NCBI RefSeq assembly: GCF_030144855.1
Contig: NC_082730.1
Span: 13,764,001-13,828,000 of the forward strand
Length of the DNA stretch: 64,000 nucleotides
From: Hypanus sabinus
Lineage: Eukaryota
Direction: 5' to 3'
The notes under the pieces were generated by a model, which was not told where the DNA came from, did not search any database, and saw only the letters and a list, made by a program, of their open reading frames with translations. The stretch's first letter is position 1; each line of letters starts with the position of its first letter. The position numbers were made by a program, and so were the translations under genes. Positions 25,573-36,637 of the stretch are shown here, piece by piece.

Positions 25573-26837
25573 GACCCTCCTCCCACCTCCCTTTACTAGT
25601 GCCAGGCACCTCTCTGGGGTCCACCTCTAGCTCTAGTTCCTCAGCCTCATCCTCGGAGAGGGTGTGGAGCCCCCACGGCCCCGCCTCCCCCGGAACACTG
25701 ACCGTCGCTGGCAGTCCCACCGTCCTGACTTCAGCACTCGTACGAACCAACACCCAGCTAGACTCTACCTCTTTACCACACCGTCTAGCTACCAATTCTA
25801 CCTGCCCAATACCCTTCACCGAACTTAAGCCCCGCACTATCGCGTCTCCCGAAACTCGAAAATTCAATCCGCTCACTGCACAGGCATACTGTGCCGGTAC
25901 ACCTTCAAATTCGCACCAGCTAACAATCCGCTCTGCTGTCTGCGCGATTCCACAGCCCCGGACAATCCAATCCGGGATGAGCACCCCACAAATGTAACAC
26001 TTGCCCAACAGGCTGGTATATGTCTAGGGGAAAAGGAGATCCAGCCACACACCAATCCCACCGCCCGTACACGCAGAGAATCGAGTTTATGCCTCGCGCC
26101 CACCCACAGTATCAAACCCACTACAAATACCGTTATGAAATACACGTTAAAGAGTTTACTAAAATTAAAAGCGTATTAGGCAATACAATATATATGCAAA
26201 GGAAAAAAAACAAAAAGGCGCCAACTTAACAAAGTTCAGTCAGTTTAGTGCACATCGTTGGAGCTCAAACATCGAACCATTCGACCCCTCGTCGCTTGCC
26301 TCCGACCTCCACGTCTTCATACCTAGGACCACCCCCGGTGGTCTTCCGAGCAGTGCAGCGCACGGCCACCTTCCTTGGCGTCTTCCTCCCGCCAAAAAAA
26401 AAACCCGCAAAAACCCCTCCCCCAAGTTCCCCGCCTCACAAGACAAAATAACATTCCCCATTGGTTAACAAATGAATACAATTGCCATATCAACAAGTAT
26501 AAAGCAAAATAACTGCGAGAGAAACACTTATCAAAGAAGCATTCCTACTATTAACAAACCAAAAAAACCCATTTTGAGTAACATGCACAGGACATTGTAC
26601 AAAGAGGTGTTCTCAGCTCCCTTCTCTCCTCCCTGCACACTCACAACTGCAGGCTGGGTTTTGTTTCTTTCTTCCCCCACCCAACCACACAGCCCCCAGA
26701 CCCGATACAGGGTCTCCAACTGGAACAGCTTTTGCCTCCTTTGATGCTGCTGGACCCATACAATTCTTCCAGCATTGTGTCTGTGGTTCCACACCCCAGT
26801 AATGTTAAACCTATTTACGGAGTATTTTCTATCTTTG

Positions 26838-29800
26838 TGTAACCCCCGGGTCGCTTCAGGCTCGCTCAGCTCGTTCTTGTCTAGGGGGAGCAGCCTTCGG
26901 CCCCGCCAAACTGGGTAATCAGCTGGTGTGGATGCTGTGTGATGTCCCCGCCTCGCCAAAGAACGAACACAACACCATATGCGATTAAATGATTACAGTT
27001 TATAAAGATTACTATAACTAAGTAATTAATAATGATACAGTATACATGAAGAAAAAGAAAATAAAGAAAAGACGCCAAACTTATCAAAGTCCAAACCACT
27101 TCGTGCACAACTGTTGGAGCACAATTACTGAAGTCTTCTGGCCACCATTCGATCCCCTCCGAACTCCTCGACTCGCAACGCAGGACCACCTGAAGTGGTC
27201 AACCAAGCGCATCTATCTTCGTCTCCTCTCCTCGGGGAACCTCCTGGCCTTGGACCCCACTTGGGGTCCGTTCCTCGCCCAGCTTACAGCATCGCGTCCT
27301 CTCTCTCTCTCACCCCCTCACGCCGATCTCCCCAAAAACCCGCCAACAATAGCTTACAGACTAAGAAGAAATAACAACATTAATCCCAATTGATTTACAA
27401 AGGAATACAATTCTCGTTATCAGTAAATTTTAACCCAAACAAGCTTCCAGCACCCTCTCGCAACAAAGAAGCATTCCTACTTTTAAAACAAAGAAGCCAT
27501 TTTGATTAACATACGCAGTAACAAAGAAATAGAAACCCCCCTTTACACTCTCCCCCCACCAAATAAAAGTCATGTCCTCATGACTATTAAATAACTCGCC
27601 ACACTTCCTGCCAACACAAACCCTAACCCAGGCACAAACAGTGACATTGCTTCCCAAACAGTAAACCTCATGCGCTGTTCCTCAGGCGCTACATAGGCCA
27701 ACTTATCTGGGAGTTTCCTAACCCTCGGAGACCTCCGTACCCCCTCACCTAAACCCTTCAGGCTCAGACACAACTGGGGATACCTCGGGCCCGCTACCAA
27801 CTCATCTCTGAACCTCTCACTCATGCCCCCACTGCTACTCTGAGCCCCCTGCTGCTCACAGCTAACGCTTCCCACTACATCTGACTCAGTGAGAGAAGGG
27901 CCAAGGGTCTCTTCCTCAATCGAGGGGAAGTCAGCAAAAGGCAGCACGTACCACACATCCAGCACATCATCCTTCAAATCAGTATTCTTCCTCATTTCTG
28001 CGATAGGTAGCTGCTGTTTGATCATCTCGAAACGGAATCATGTGGCCTGCACTGCTCCTGCAGTCTCTTCAACCTCCTGCAATTGACAGATCAGCTTCTT
28101 CTGTGGCCCCTCCAACTCTCGCCACAGGCTCAGCAGTTCTGACTCATGCGTCCCGACCATCTCAGTCTGGGACGCAGTTACTCCAACAGCTTCCTCCACC
28201 CCGACCTAAAAAGCAGCAGTTAAAGATTGGTCAGCCTCCAGTTCAGTATTCACTGCCCTTATCTCCAGCTTTTTCTTCATCATGACTTCCTCCAGATCGA
28301 CTTTCAGGCTTTGCACTTCATTTGAACTGTCGATGGTCATCTTCAGGTTCCCTTCAAGTGTCCGGTTCCCTCTTCCGAGATTCATCCGCAATTTCTTCAC
28401 CTCCGCAAACTCCCCTCTCCAGGCTCTCAGTTTGCTGTTGCCCTCAGTCAGACAACTCTCTTCATTTTCTCCAACTTGTAAGTCCTCCCACTGGTTCCAG
28501 ATCACTCTCTCCAGTCTCTCCGTCTTCATTTCAAACTTGATTCCGTAGAGACAGTCACTCACGAGCTGCGACCTTCGCCAGCCCTGGCACGGGTCCAGAA
28601 AACACTTTAACTCTGTAGTTCCCAGCCGCTCCTGCAACGACCTCACTTCATATTCTCCTGAGGCAAATCCAAATACCAGGAGGTAATCCACATCTGCCAA
28701 AACTCCAAGCACCTCCACATCCCCCAGGGTCTTCCACATGCCCCGCGGGAACATTGCAAGGGCTCCGGATATGCCCTGTGGCATCTTTTCGGACTGGAAG
28801 AATCCTAGGGAACTTATAACGGCCGTCTTCTCCTTGTCGGCCTCACTCATCGGGATCTGGCAACATCCACTCCTCATATCCAGCACCTTAAACCACTTCG
28901 CACCACTCAGACAGGCCATCGCCTCTTCGGCCCTCAGGGCCGTATTCTGGTCACTGACAGTGCGCCTCTTCAGCGCAATATAATCCACACACACGCTGCC
29001 TACATCTTCCATGGGCCAGTTGCCGCAACCTCTCTCTCACCGAGGAGTCTTCAGCAGTCAACTCCCCTCCCTCGTGGTATGTCGCAGCGTCCAGTAATCA
29101 CCCTCAGATACTTCCCTCAGGCTGTACCACCACCGGCTCTTATTTGAATTCGGTACCGGCCCAATGCTGCTACACATGTCCGCACAAGCAGCTCGAAACT
29201 CTGGGTGCATCGACAATGCCTCCAAACAACGCTCACCCCCCTCCTCCGGGCAGGCCCCCAAGCGCATCAGCAGGGTATTGGTTCTCTCTAGAACCGAAAC
29301 GCTTCCCTTCTCAACAGTGTCCGGACACATCAGCATTAATGATTCACAAACCTCAGTCACCCCCACATTTGCCTCTAAGAACTCCATTTTCACTGACCAA
29401 CAACCGTCGTCTAGATAGTCAGCGGCACTGGTACCCCAAATCTCCAGTGCCCTCAACGTTGTCCGTCAAGGGTGTTCCCTTACAATAACCGCTTCCAATA
29501 ACGGTTGTAAAACAAACTGTACAGCAATTTAACCGGCGCCCCGGTGTCGAGGATGGCTTTAACTTGGCTTCCATCCATCCGTAACGACACCTGAGTGCGT
29601 GGTCCCTCTAAGCCATCAGGAATAGGGTCTGCTCCTTTCGGGAGTTCCGTGCTACATTGCTGGCAACATGCTCCCCCAGAGACCCCAAGCCGTTCCCCCA
29701 CTGGGCCTCCTCTAAGTTTCCCAACACCTCTCGGATCAACTGAACAACTGAGGGAGGAGCTGATCCCTTTGACAGATCCCCCTGGCACCGCAAGCAATTT

Positions 29801-31073
29801 ATCTGCCCCCCAGCCAAAAGGGATACCCTAAAAACTTTCCACCAATCTCCTGCCACGGATATGATAAGCCGCCCAGCACCGGCATTTGACTTCCAGTCGA
29901 ACCAACCGCATTTTCCCACACTTTCCCAGAACTGGTAGCTGTCACTTCGGGGTAATTGTACCTGACAGTCCTAACAAAGTCACCAGCCCGCCTACTCAAA
30001 CTTTCAACCAATCCCTGTCGCCTTCTCTCAGCCAAGCACTGCCACTCACCCAACAACTGAAGGGTCCGCTCCGCCCACGCCTCCACCTCTTTAGGACTGG
30101 ACGTTATTCCAACAACCGGGCGGAGCCCACCAACCCTTCCCCACTCTCTTAACAGCATAGACAGCCCATGGCCCCTCCACCATTTCGTCAACGCAAGTCG
30201 AAACTCGATCAACGCCCTCCGGGGCACCAAAAGCCACCCCACCCCAACACAGATGTAGAGATAACCGGCAAAGGCACACCCGCAAAGGCAAACCAGCTCT
30301 TCGCCGCAGACATAATTTAAAGAGGGTGATCACACAGCTTCCACAGAAATCAATCCGGACGAGCACCCCACAATTTAACTCCTTGGGTCACCTCAGGCTC
30401 GCTCAGCTCATTCTCGTCTAGGGGGAGCAGCTTTCGGCCCCGCCAAACTGGGTAATCAGCTTGGGTGGATGCTGTGTGATGTCCCCGCCCCGCCAAAGAA
30501 CAAACAGGACACCATATGCAATTAAATGATTACAATTTATAAAAATTACTATAACTGATTAATAACCATACAGTATACATGAAGGAAAAGAAAATAAAGA
30601 AAAGGTGCCAAACCACTTCGTGCACAACCGTTGGAGCTCAATTACTGAAGTCTTTTGGCCACCATTCGATCCCCTCCGAACTCCTCGACTCGCAACTCAG
30701 GACCACCCGAAGTGATCAACCAAGCACATCTATCCTCGTCTCCTCTCCTCGGGGTACCTTCTGGCCTTGGACCCCCTTGGGATCCATTCCTCGCCCAGTT
30801 TATAGCATCACGTCCTCTCTCTCTCTCCCCCTCACGCCTATCTCCCCAAAAGCCCGTCAACAATAGCTTACAGACTCAGAAGAAAGAACAACATTAATCG
30901 CAATTGGTTTACAAAGGAATACAATTCTTGTTATCAGTAAATTTTAACCCAAACAAGCTTTCAGCACCCTCTCACAACAAAGACGCATTCCTACTTTTAA
31001 CAAAACAAAGAAGCCATTTTGATTAATATACGCAGTAACAAAGAAAAAGAAGAAACCACCCCCCCCCTTTACG
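26838..31073 (-). mobile_element. Non-autonomous Gypsy derivative with 4-bp TSD
   Basis: LTRs 26838-27547 and 30374-31073; TSD TTTG at 26834-26837 and 31074-31077; PBS TGGGGTGCTCGTCCGGATT 30352-30370; PPT 27548-27560. Degenerate gag, PR (LDTG) and RT (YLDD reads ADVD); no RNaseH or integrase core; empty site in paralog at ~61503. Confidence 0.95.
28008..28529 (-). pseudogene. MYH16: Captured sarcomeric myosin heavy-chain rod fragments (MYH16-like) inside the LTR element
   Basis: [81 protein letters not shown]; EEAVGVTASQTEMVGTHESELLSLWRELE; [36 protein letters not shown]. These align by eye to three separate myosin rod regions. Paralog assignment is from memory. Confidence 0.82.
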
Positions 31074-31365
31074 TTTGCATATCTGCACATACTTTACCAT
31101 CTCTGCTACAGAAACGGTGCATTAGACACAAATTAACAGATCATTCAAATGAACAAGTAAACGGCAGACGTTAGGGATTTGAGACAAAAACAGAACGTGC
31201 TGGAAATACCTCGTATGTCAGGCTGAAACTCTGGGAAGTGAACGGGAGTCAAGAGGCTAGAGTCTGAAACTTTTACTGTTTCCTTTTTCACGGGTACAGT
31301 TTGACCTGCTGAGTGTTTCCTGCATTTACCATTCTCTGTAACATCCCGCACTGGTCATCACTCAC

Positions 31366-31402
31366 CCGGCAGTGAACAGATGAAAAGAACCGGAATCCAC
31401 AT
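31366..31402 (-). CDS. Signal-peptide (leader) exon, copy 1
   Basis: ATG TGG ATT CCG GTT CTT TTC ATC TGT TCA CTG CCG G|GTGAGT = MWIPVLFICSLP; phase 1; joins B1 to give MWIPVLFICSLPVSDALWAE. Confidence 0.88.
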
Positions 31403-31479
31403 TGTTCAACTGTAGTGAACCTGTTAGCAGTAGTCCATCGCTTAGCTCGCAGCTCGAAGATCTAAATAGCTGACGATGA

Positions 31480-31520
31480 CAAATAGGAAGTTGAATGAGG
31501 AAGGAGGTGGCAGGAAATTC
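31480..31520. promoter_or_regulatory. Cluster of three Ets-type GGAA cores upstream of leader, copy 1
   Basis: AGGAAGT, GAGGAAG and CAGGAAAT, 80-120 bp upstream of the ATG; conserved at 61929-61964. Confidence 0.4.
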
Positions 31521-31997
31521 AGTTATGAAACCACAGTGAGCTGGACGCTATAATCTGATACCTTAGAATCTGAGTCCCTCTCAGTTGAGCTGACCGGACA
31601 AATCGAAATGAATTTTCATTATCTGATAGAAATGGTGTAGATTAGTTACTGTCAGCAAAATTATTAATAACAGCCTGACTGAGAAGTCAGTGGTGACTGT
31701 GATAAAAATACTGCTATCACTCCAGTCAAGTATGATGCTCTCCTTATTCTCTTTATGGAAAAATGCCTGTGCATAACTTTGTTTAACATGGGGAATCAGA
31801 TGGAGAAAGTCCCTGACAGATCAGGGTCAATGTCCTGTGGCATGGAGTGCAAGCCATATATAAACATATAACAACCACAGCAAAGAAACAGGCCATCTTG
31901 GCCCTCCTAGTCCGTGCCGAACTCTTAATCTCACCTAGTCCCACCTACCCGCACTCAGCCCATAACCCTCCACTCCTTTCCTGTCCATATACCTATC

Positions 31998-32350
31998 TGT
32001 GGACCTTCTCTACTGCAGCCTTCCTCCATCTTCACTACCATTCTGATGTATCACCATGTTCTGCCAGCTCTACCTTTGAGGACTTTGTTGGATCGCTCTT
32101 TGTCTGGAGTCTCCCTTTTGACCATACCGCCATGGGTGACCTGCCAGGAGTTAAGCTCAGACAGCAACACTGCCGGGTTCTCAGGAACTCACAAGCCAGT
32201 CCACCACGACAGGGTTACGATCCACTGAGAAGGGTACTATGTTCAGTGGGTGGGGCTTGCTTCAATTGGCAATCGTCCAAAGAACTTACTTGCGGATTGC
32301 ACCAAATTGAGGACATGTTCTGCCTTGCCGGGCCTTCCTGAGCCTCTCCA
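31998..32350 (-). mobile_element. RTE-like element 5'-region remnant
   Basis: Reverse complement of the element at ~57530-57900; paralogous part at 62320-62620. Confidence 0.4.
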
Positions 32351-33254
32351 CTGGGGCAATGTCAGGCAGTTGTGCTTTGGTGTCTCCAAGCTCACACATG
32401 TACAAGGGTGCTGCATGGGGCTGAAGTAAAGTCCATAACTTAACTTGGAATTCGTTCAGTTACAGACTGAGTGAGTAAATTGATGGGGGCGGGGGAATTT
32501 CACTCACTTTTACTCACCCCAACACTGAACTTCTCCCACAACCGATGGAAATATGTTCAAGGATTCTTCATCACATTTTCTCGATATTTATCATTGACTT
32601 ATTTATTCTTATTTTTTTGTATTGTCTCAGCTTGTTGCATTTTTGTTCTTGTGTGTATTGTGAGTGAATTCAGTTCTTCAAATTCTGTAGACCTCGCCTG
32701 AGGTCTAGGTAGTTTTGCTGGTTAATTTCTATAATAAACTTTTGGATTAAGTTGCTGAAGTCACTGTGATTTCAGCACTTGAATTCACTAATGATTCTTA
32801 CAGAATAGCTATGAGAAAATTAAGCTCAGGGTTGTGTATGGTGACATGTATGTATTTGATACTAAATTTATTTTGAACTTTGAAATCCATCCCATTCGAA
32901 CAAGACCTGCCCTTGGGAACACCTCTGATATCCAAGGCTCAGAAACCTCAGCCACCAGAACAAACCTGGACAATGCGACCAAGCTCTACTCACAAGCAGG
33001 ACCTAGGCCCACCCACACTTACAGTTTTCCCCCATCATAAGCCCCACCTGTGCTCTGTACCGTGCCCCTCAGAGAGGCGGGTGTGTGTCTGTGCAGTCTG
33101 CCACGGGGATCTCCGCAGCCAACTTGCAGCATTCAAATGGCAGAGCCACCGTCAGGAATGGTCAACATCAGGGAAGCACCCGATGGGTTTGAACAGTCTG
33201 TGCCCTGCTGATGTTACATTTTGCATGTAGCAATTAGCGTAACAATATTACTGC

Positions 33255-33400
33255 AGCAGTGACCCAGGCTCAATTCCCACTACTATCTGTAAGGAGCTGA
33301 TACGTTCTCTCCATGACTATGTGGGTTTCCTCTGGGTGCTCCAGTTTCCTCCAACATTCCAGGACCCACAGGTTAGTAGGTTAATTAGGCAGTTGATTCT
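33255..33400 (+). mobile_element. HE1/V-SINE-like SINE
   Basis: GGGTTTCCTCTGGGTGCTCCAGTTTCCTCC central motif then GTAGGTTAATT; another remnant at ~40745-40900. Confidence 0.6.
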
Positions 33401-33699
33401 TGTTGGGTCAGAAATGTTATATCTCTAAATACAATTAAACTTAAAATAAAAATTATTCAGGTGAGAGGTGGCAGTGACGCCTCAGACATTCGAAGTCCCG
33501 CTGGTGGTTTTGAACCTTCCCATTGAACGGTCGCATCCAAAATGTCAGCTGGCTATTTTTCTGGTCTGCCAGTCCACTGGTCTGGTTTACTGGTCACCTG
33601 GTCGGCTGAGTTTCTGGTTGTGGGCAGGTCCCTGCAGCAATTGGGATGTCCCAGTGTTTGAGCAGGTTCAGCAGAGTGGGAAGGACTTTGAAGAAAACT

Positions 33700-36637
33700 G
33701 CTGAATGCTTGTTTACAGGAACCAGTCCTGACAACAACCATAAATACGACATGAACTGTGGACGCAGGAAAGAAACTCAGATGGTAGTTTGCCTCCCAGG
33801 TGTTTCAGATCGTGTCCAGGATATCCTGCAGTGGAAGGCAGAACAACCAGAGGTTGTGGTACATATTGGTACCAATGGCATAGATAGGAAAAGGCAAGAG
33901 GTCCTGAAAAAAGAATTTTTTGAGAAGCAGGACTGCAAAGGTAGTAATCTCAGGAATACTGTGCCATGCGACAGTGAGAATAGGAATAGAATAAGTTGGG
34001 GGATAAATGTGTGGCTGACGGATTGGAGCAGGGGGCAGGGATTCAGATTTCTGGATCATTTTGACATCTTTTGGGGCAGGTGTGACCTGTACAAAAAGGA
34101 AGGGTTGGACTTGAATCCCAGGGGGACAAATGTTGAAGCGGGGTGGATTGCTAAGGCTACTGGGAAGAGTTTAAACTAGATTTGTTGTGGGTGGGAACCA
34201 AAATGAAGAGAGAGTGGAAGAGGAGGCTGGCTCACAAGTAGAGGAAGCTTGTAGACAGTGCGAGAGGGAGGAAGCCATGTAGGGATTGTCTACAGAGTTT
34301 CTGTGGTTGGAGGTTAGGAACAGGAAGGGTTCAATAACTTTACTGGGTGTTTTTAGAGGCTGCCCAATAGTACAGGGATATCGAGGAGCAGATATGGAAA
34401 CAGATCTTGGAAAGGTGCATTAATAACAGAGTTGTTGTGATGGGAGATTTTAATTTCCCAAATATCGATTGGCATCTCCCGAGAGCAAAGGGTTTGGAAA
34501 TGATGGAGCTTGTTAGGTGTGTTCAGGAAGGTTTCTTCACAGAGTATGTAGATAAGCCTACAAGAAGAGGGGCTGTACTTGATTTGGTATTGGGAAATGA
34601 ATCTGGTCAGGTGTCATATCTCTCAGTGGGAGAACATTTTGGAGATAGTGATCATAATTCTATCTCCTTTACAATAGCATTGGAGAGAGTTAGGAACAGA
34701 GAAGTTAGCAAAGTGTTTAATTGGAGTAAGGGGAATTATGAGACTGTAGCGGTGTGCTACTCGCAGCGGTGAAATAATGACACGGAGTCGGTGAGCTGCA
34801 GTTGCAAAAAGAGATTTATTCAAACTTCGCAGCCTCACTTTAAAGCCTTCTTGATCCCGCCCTCCCCGGCCGGGAATGCTGTGGGGGTGCGTATCCACAG
34901 TCCCGTCCCGTGCGGGGGCTTTTCCCCTTGCTGTGAAGCAGGCTTGGCGCCCTCTTTGGGACCAGCCTCAATGCAGGTGCGCGCGGATTTGTGTGTCGGT
35001 TCGAATGCGCTGGGAAGTGGGTCATCACAAGACCACCAGGCAGGAAATTGGAGGCTTAAACTGGAAGCAGATGTTCTCAGGGAAAAGTATGGAAGAAGTT
35101 TGGAAAATATTCAGCGGATATTTGTGTAGAGTTCAGTATTGGTATGTTCCAATGAGACAGGACAGAACCGGAGGAAATAGCAGAGGTACTTAATGAATAT
35201 TTCACTTCAGTATTCACTATGGAAAATGATTTTGGTGATTGTAGTGATGACTTGCAGCAGACTGAAAAGATTGAGCATGTGGATATTAAGAAGGAGGATG
35301 TACTGTAGCTTTTGGAAAGCATCAAGTTAGTTATGTCACCAGGACCGGATGAATGTACCGCAGGCTACTGTGGGAGGCGAAGGAGGAGTTTCCTGAGCCT
35401 CTGGCAATGATCTTTGCATCATCAATGGGTACAGGAGAGGTTCCGGAGGATTGGAGGGTTGCATATGTTGTTCCTTTATTCAAGAAAGTGAGTAGAGATA
35501 GCCCAAGAAATTATAGACCAGTGAGTCTTACCTCAGTGGTTGTTAAGTTGATGGAGAAGATCCTGAGAGGCAGGATTTATGAACATTTGGAGAGGCATTA
35601 TATAATTAGGAATAGGTAAAACAGCTTTGTCAAAGGCAGGTCTTGCCTTACTAGCCTGATTGAATTGTTTGAGGATGTGACTAAACACATTGATGAATGA
35701 AGAGCAGTAGATGTAGTGTATATGGATTTCAGCAAGGCATTTGATAAGGTATCCTATGCAAGGCTTATTGAGGAGGCATGGGATCCAAGGGGACATTACT
35801 TTGTGGATCCAGAACCGGCTTGCCCACAGAAGGCAAAGTGTGGTTGTAGATGGGTCATATTCTGCATGGAGGTCAGTCACCAGTGGAGTGCCTCAGGGAT
35901 CTGTTCTGGGACCCCTGCTCTACGTGATTTTTATAAATGCCTTGGATGAGAAAGTTGACGGATGGGTTAGTAAATTTGCTGATGACGCAAAGGTTGGAGG
36001 TGTTGTGGATAGTGTGGAGGGCTGTCAGAGGTTACAGCGGGACATTGATATGGTGCAAAACAGGACTGAGAAGTGGCAGATGGTGTTCAACCCAGATAAG
36101 GGTGAAGTGGTTCACTTTGGTAGGTCAAATATGATGGCAGAATATAGTATTAATGGTAAGACTCTCGACAGTATGGACAATCAGCGGGACCTTGGGGTCC
36201 AAGTCCATAGGATACTCAGAGCATCTGCGTAGGTTGACTCTGTGGTTAAGAAGGCGTATGGTGTATTGGCCTTCATCAATCATGGAATTTAGGAGCTGAG
36301 AGGTAATGTTGCAGCTATATATGACCCTGGTCAGACCCCAGTTGGAGTATTGTGCTCTGTTCTGGTCTCCTCACTACAGGAAGGATGTGGAAGCCATAGA
36401 AAGGGTGCAGTGGTGATTTACAAGGATGTTGACCGGATTGGGGAGAATTCCTTATGAGAATAGGTTGAGTGAACTCGTCCTTTTTTCCTTGGAACGACGG
36501 GGGATGAGAGGTGACCTGATAGAGGTGTATAATATGATGAGAGGCATTAATCATGTGGATAGTCAGAGGCTTTTTCCCAGGGCTTAAATGGTTGCCACAA
36601 GAGGGCTCAGGTTTAAGGTGCCTGGGAGTAGGCACAG
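33700..36637 (+). mobile_element. Large degenerate CR1 LINE (ORF1 esterase, EN, RT)
   Basis: VVVHIGTN (ORF1 esterase), VMGDFNFPNIDW, GDSDHN, YRPVSLTS, YMDFSKAFDKV, GVPQGSVLGP, FADD. Confidence 0.92.
34745..35029. mobile_element. Solo LTR (285 bp) with 4-bp TSD inside CR1
   Basis: TGTAG..ATCACA termini; AGAC at 34741-34744 and 35030-35033; CR1 EN sequence resumes across it; CpG-rich. Confidence 0.8.

Larger units (their letters stand above)
19513..26601 (-). mobile_element. Gypsy/Ty3 LTR retrotransposon with PNMA-like gag (near complete)
   Basis: LTRs 19513-20134 and 25993-26601 (TGTAAC..TGTACA); tRNA-Pro-like PBS TGGGGTGCTCATCCCGGAT at 25970-25988; PPT 20135-20148; gag-PR-RT-RH-IN order. 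Flanks GCTT / AAGA do not match. Confidence 0.97.
3835..32140 (-). repeat. Segmental duplication copy 1 (Ig-receptor gene unit)
   Basis: Colinear, roughly 90% identity by eye with 41015-62621 across exons, introns and old repeats; differs by copy-specific insertions. Left limit is hidden by L1. Confidence 0.93.

Noticed and set aside
25970-25988. tRNA gene
   Set aside because: Only a primer-binding site complementary to a tRNA-Pro 3' end; no cloverleaf. No RNA genes were found in the window.
19513-26601. LTR-LTR divergence as independent proof that the provirus is chimeric
   Set aside because: By eye it is no higher than that of the neighbouring element with matched TSDs; only the flank evidence is used.
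32880-33741. GC-richer unique-looking ORFs as cytoplasmic exons
   Set aside because: No ITIM/ITAM motif, no TM segment, no recognisable homology and no convincing splice pair.
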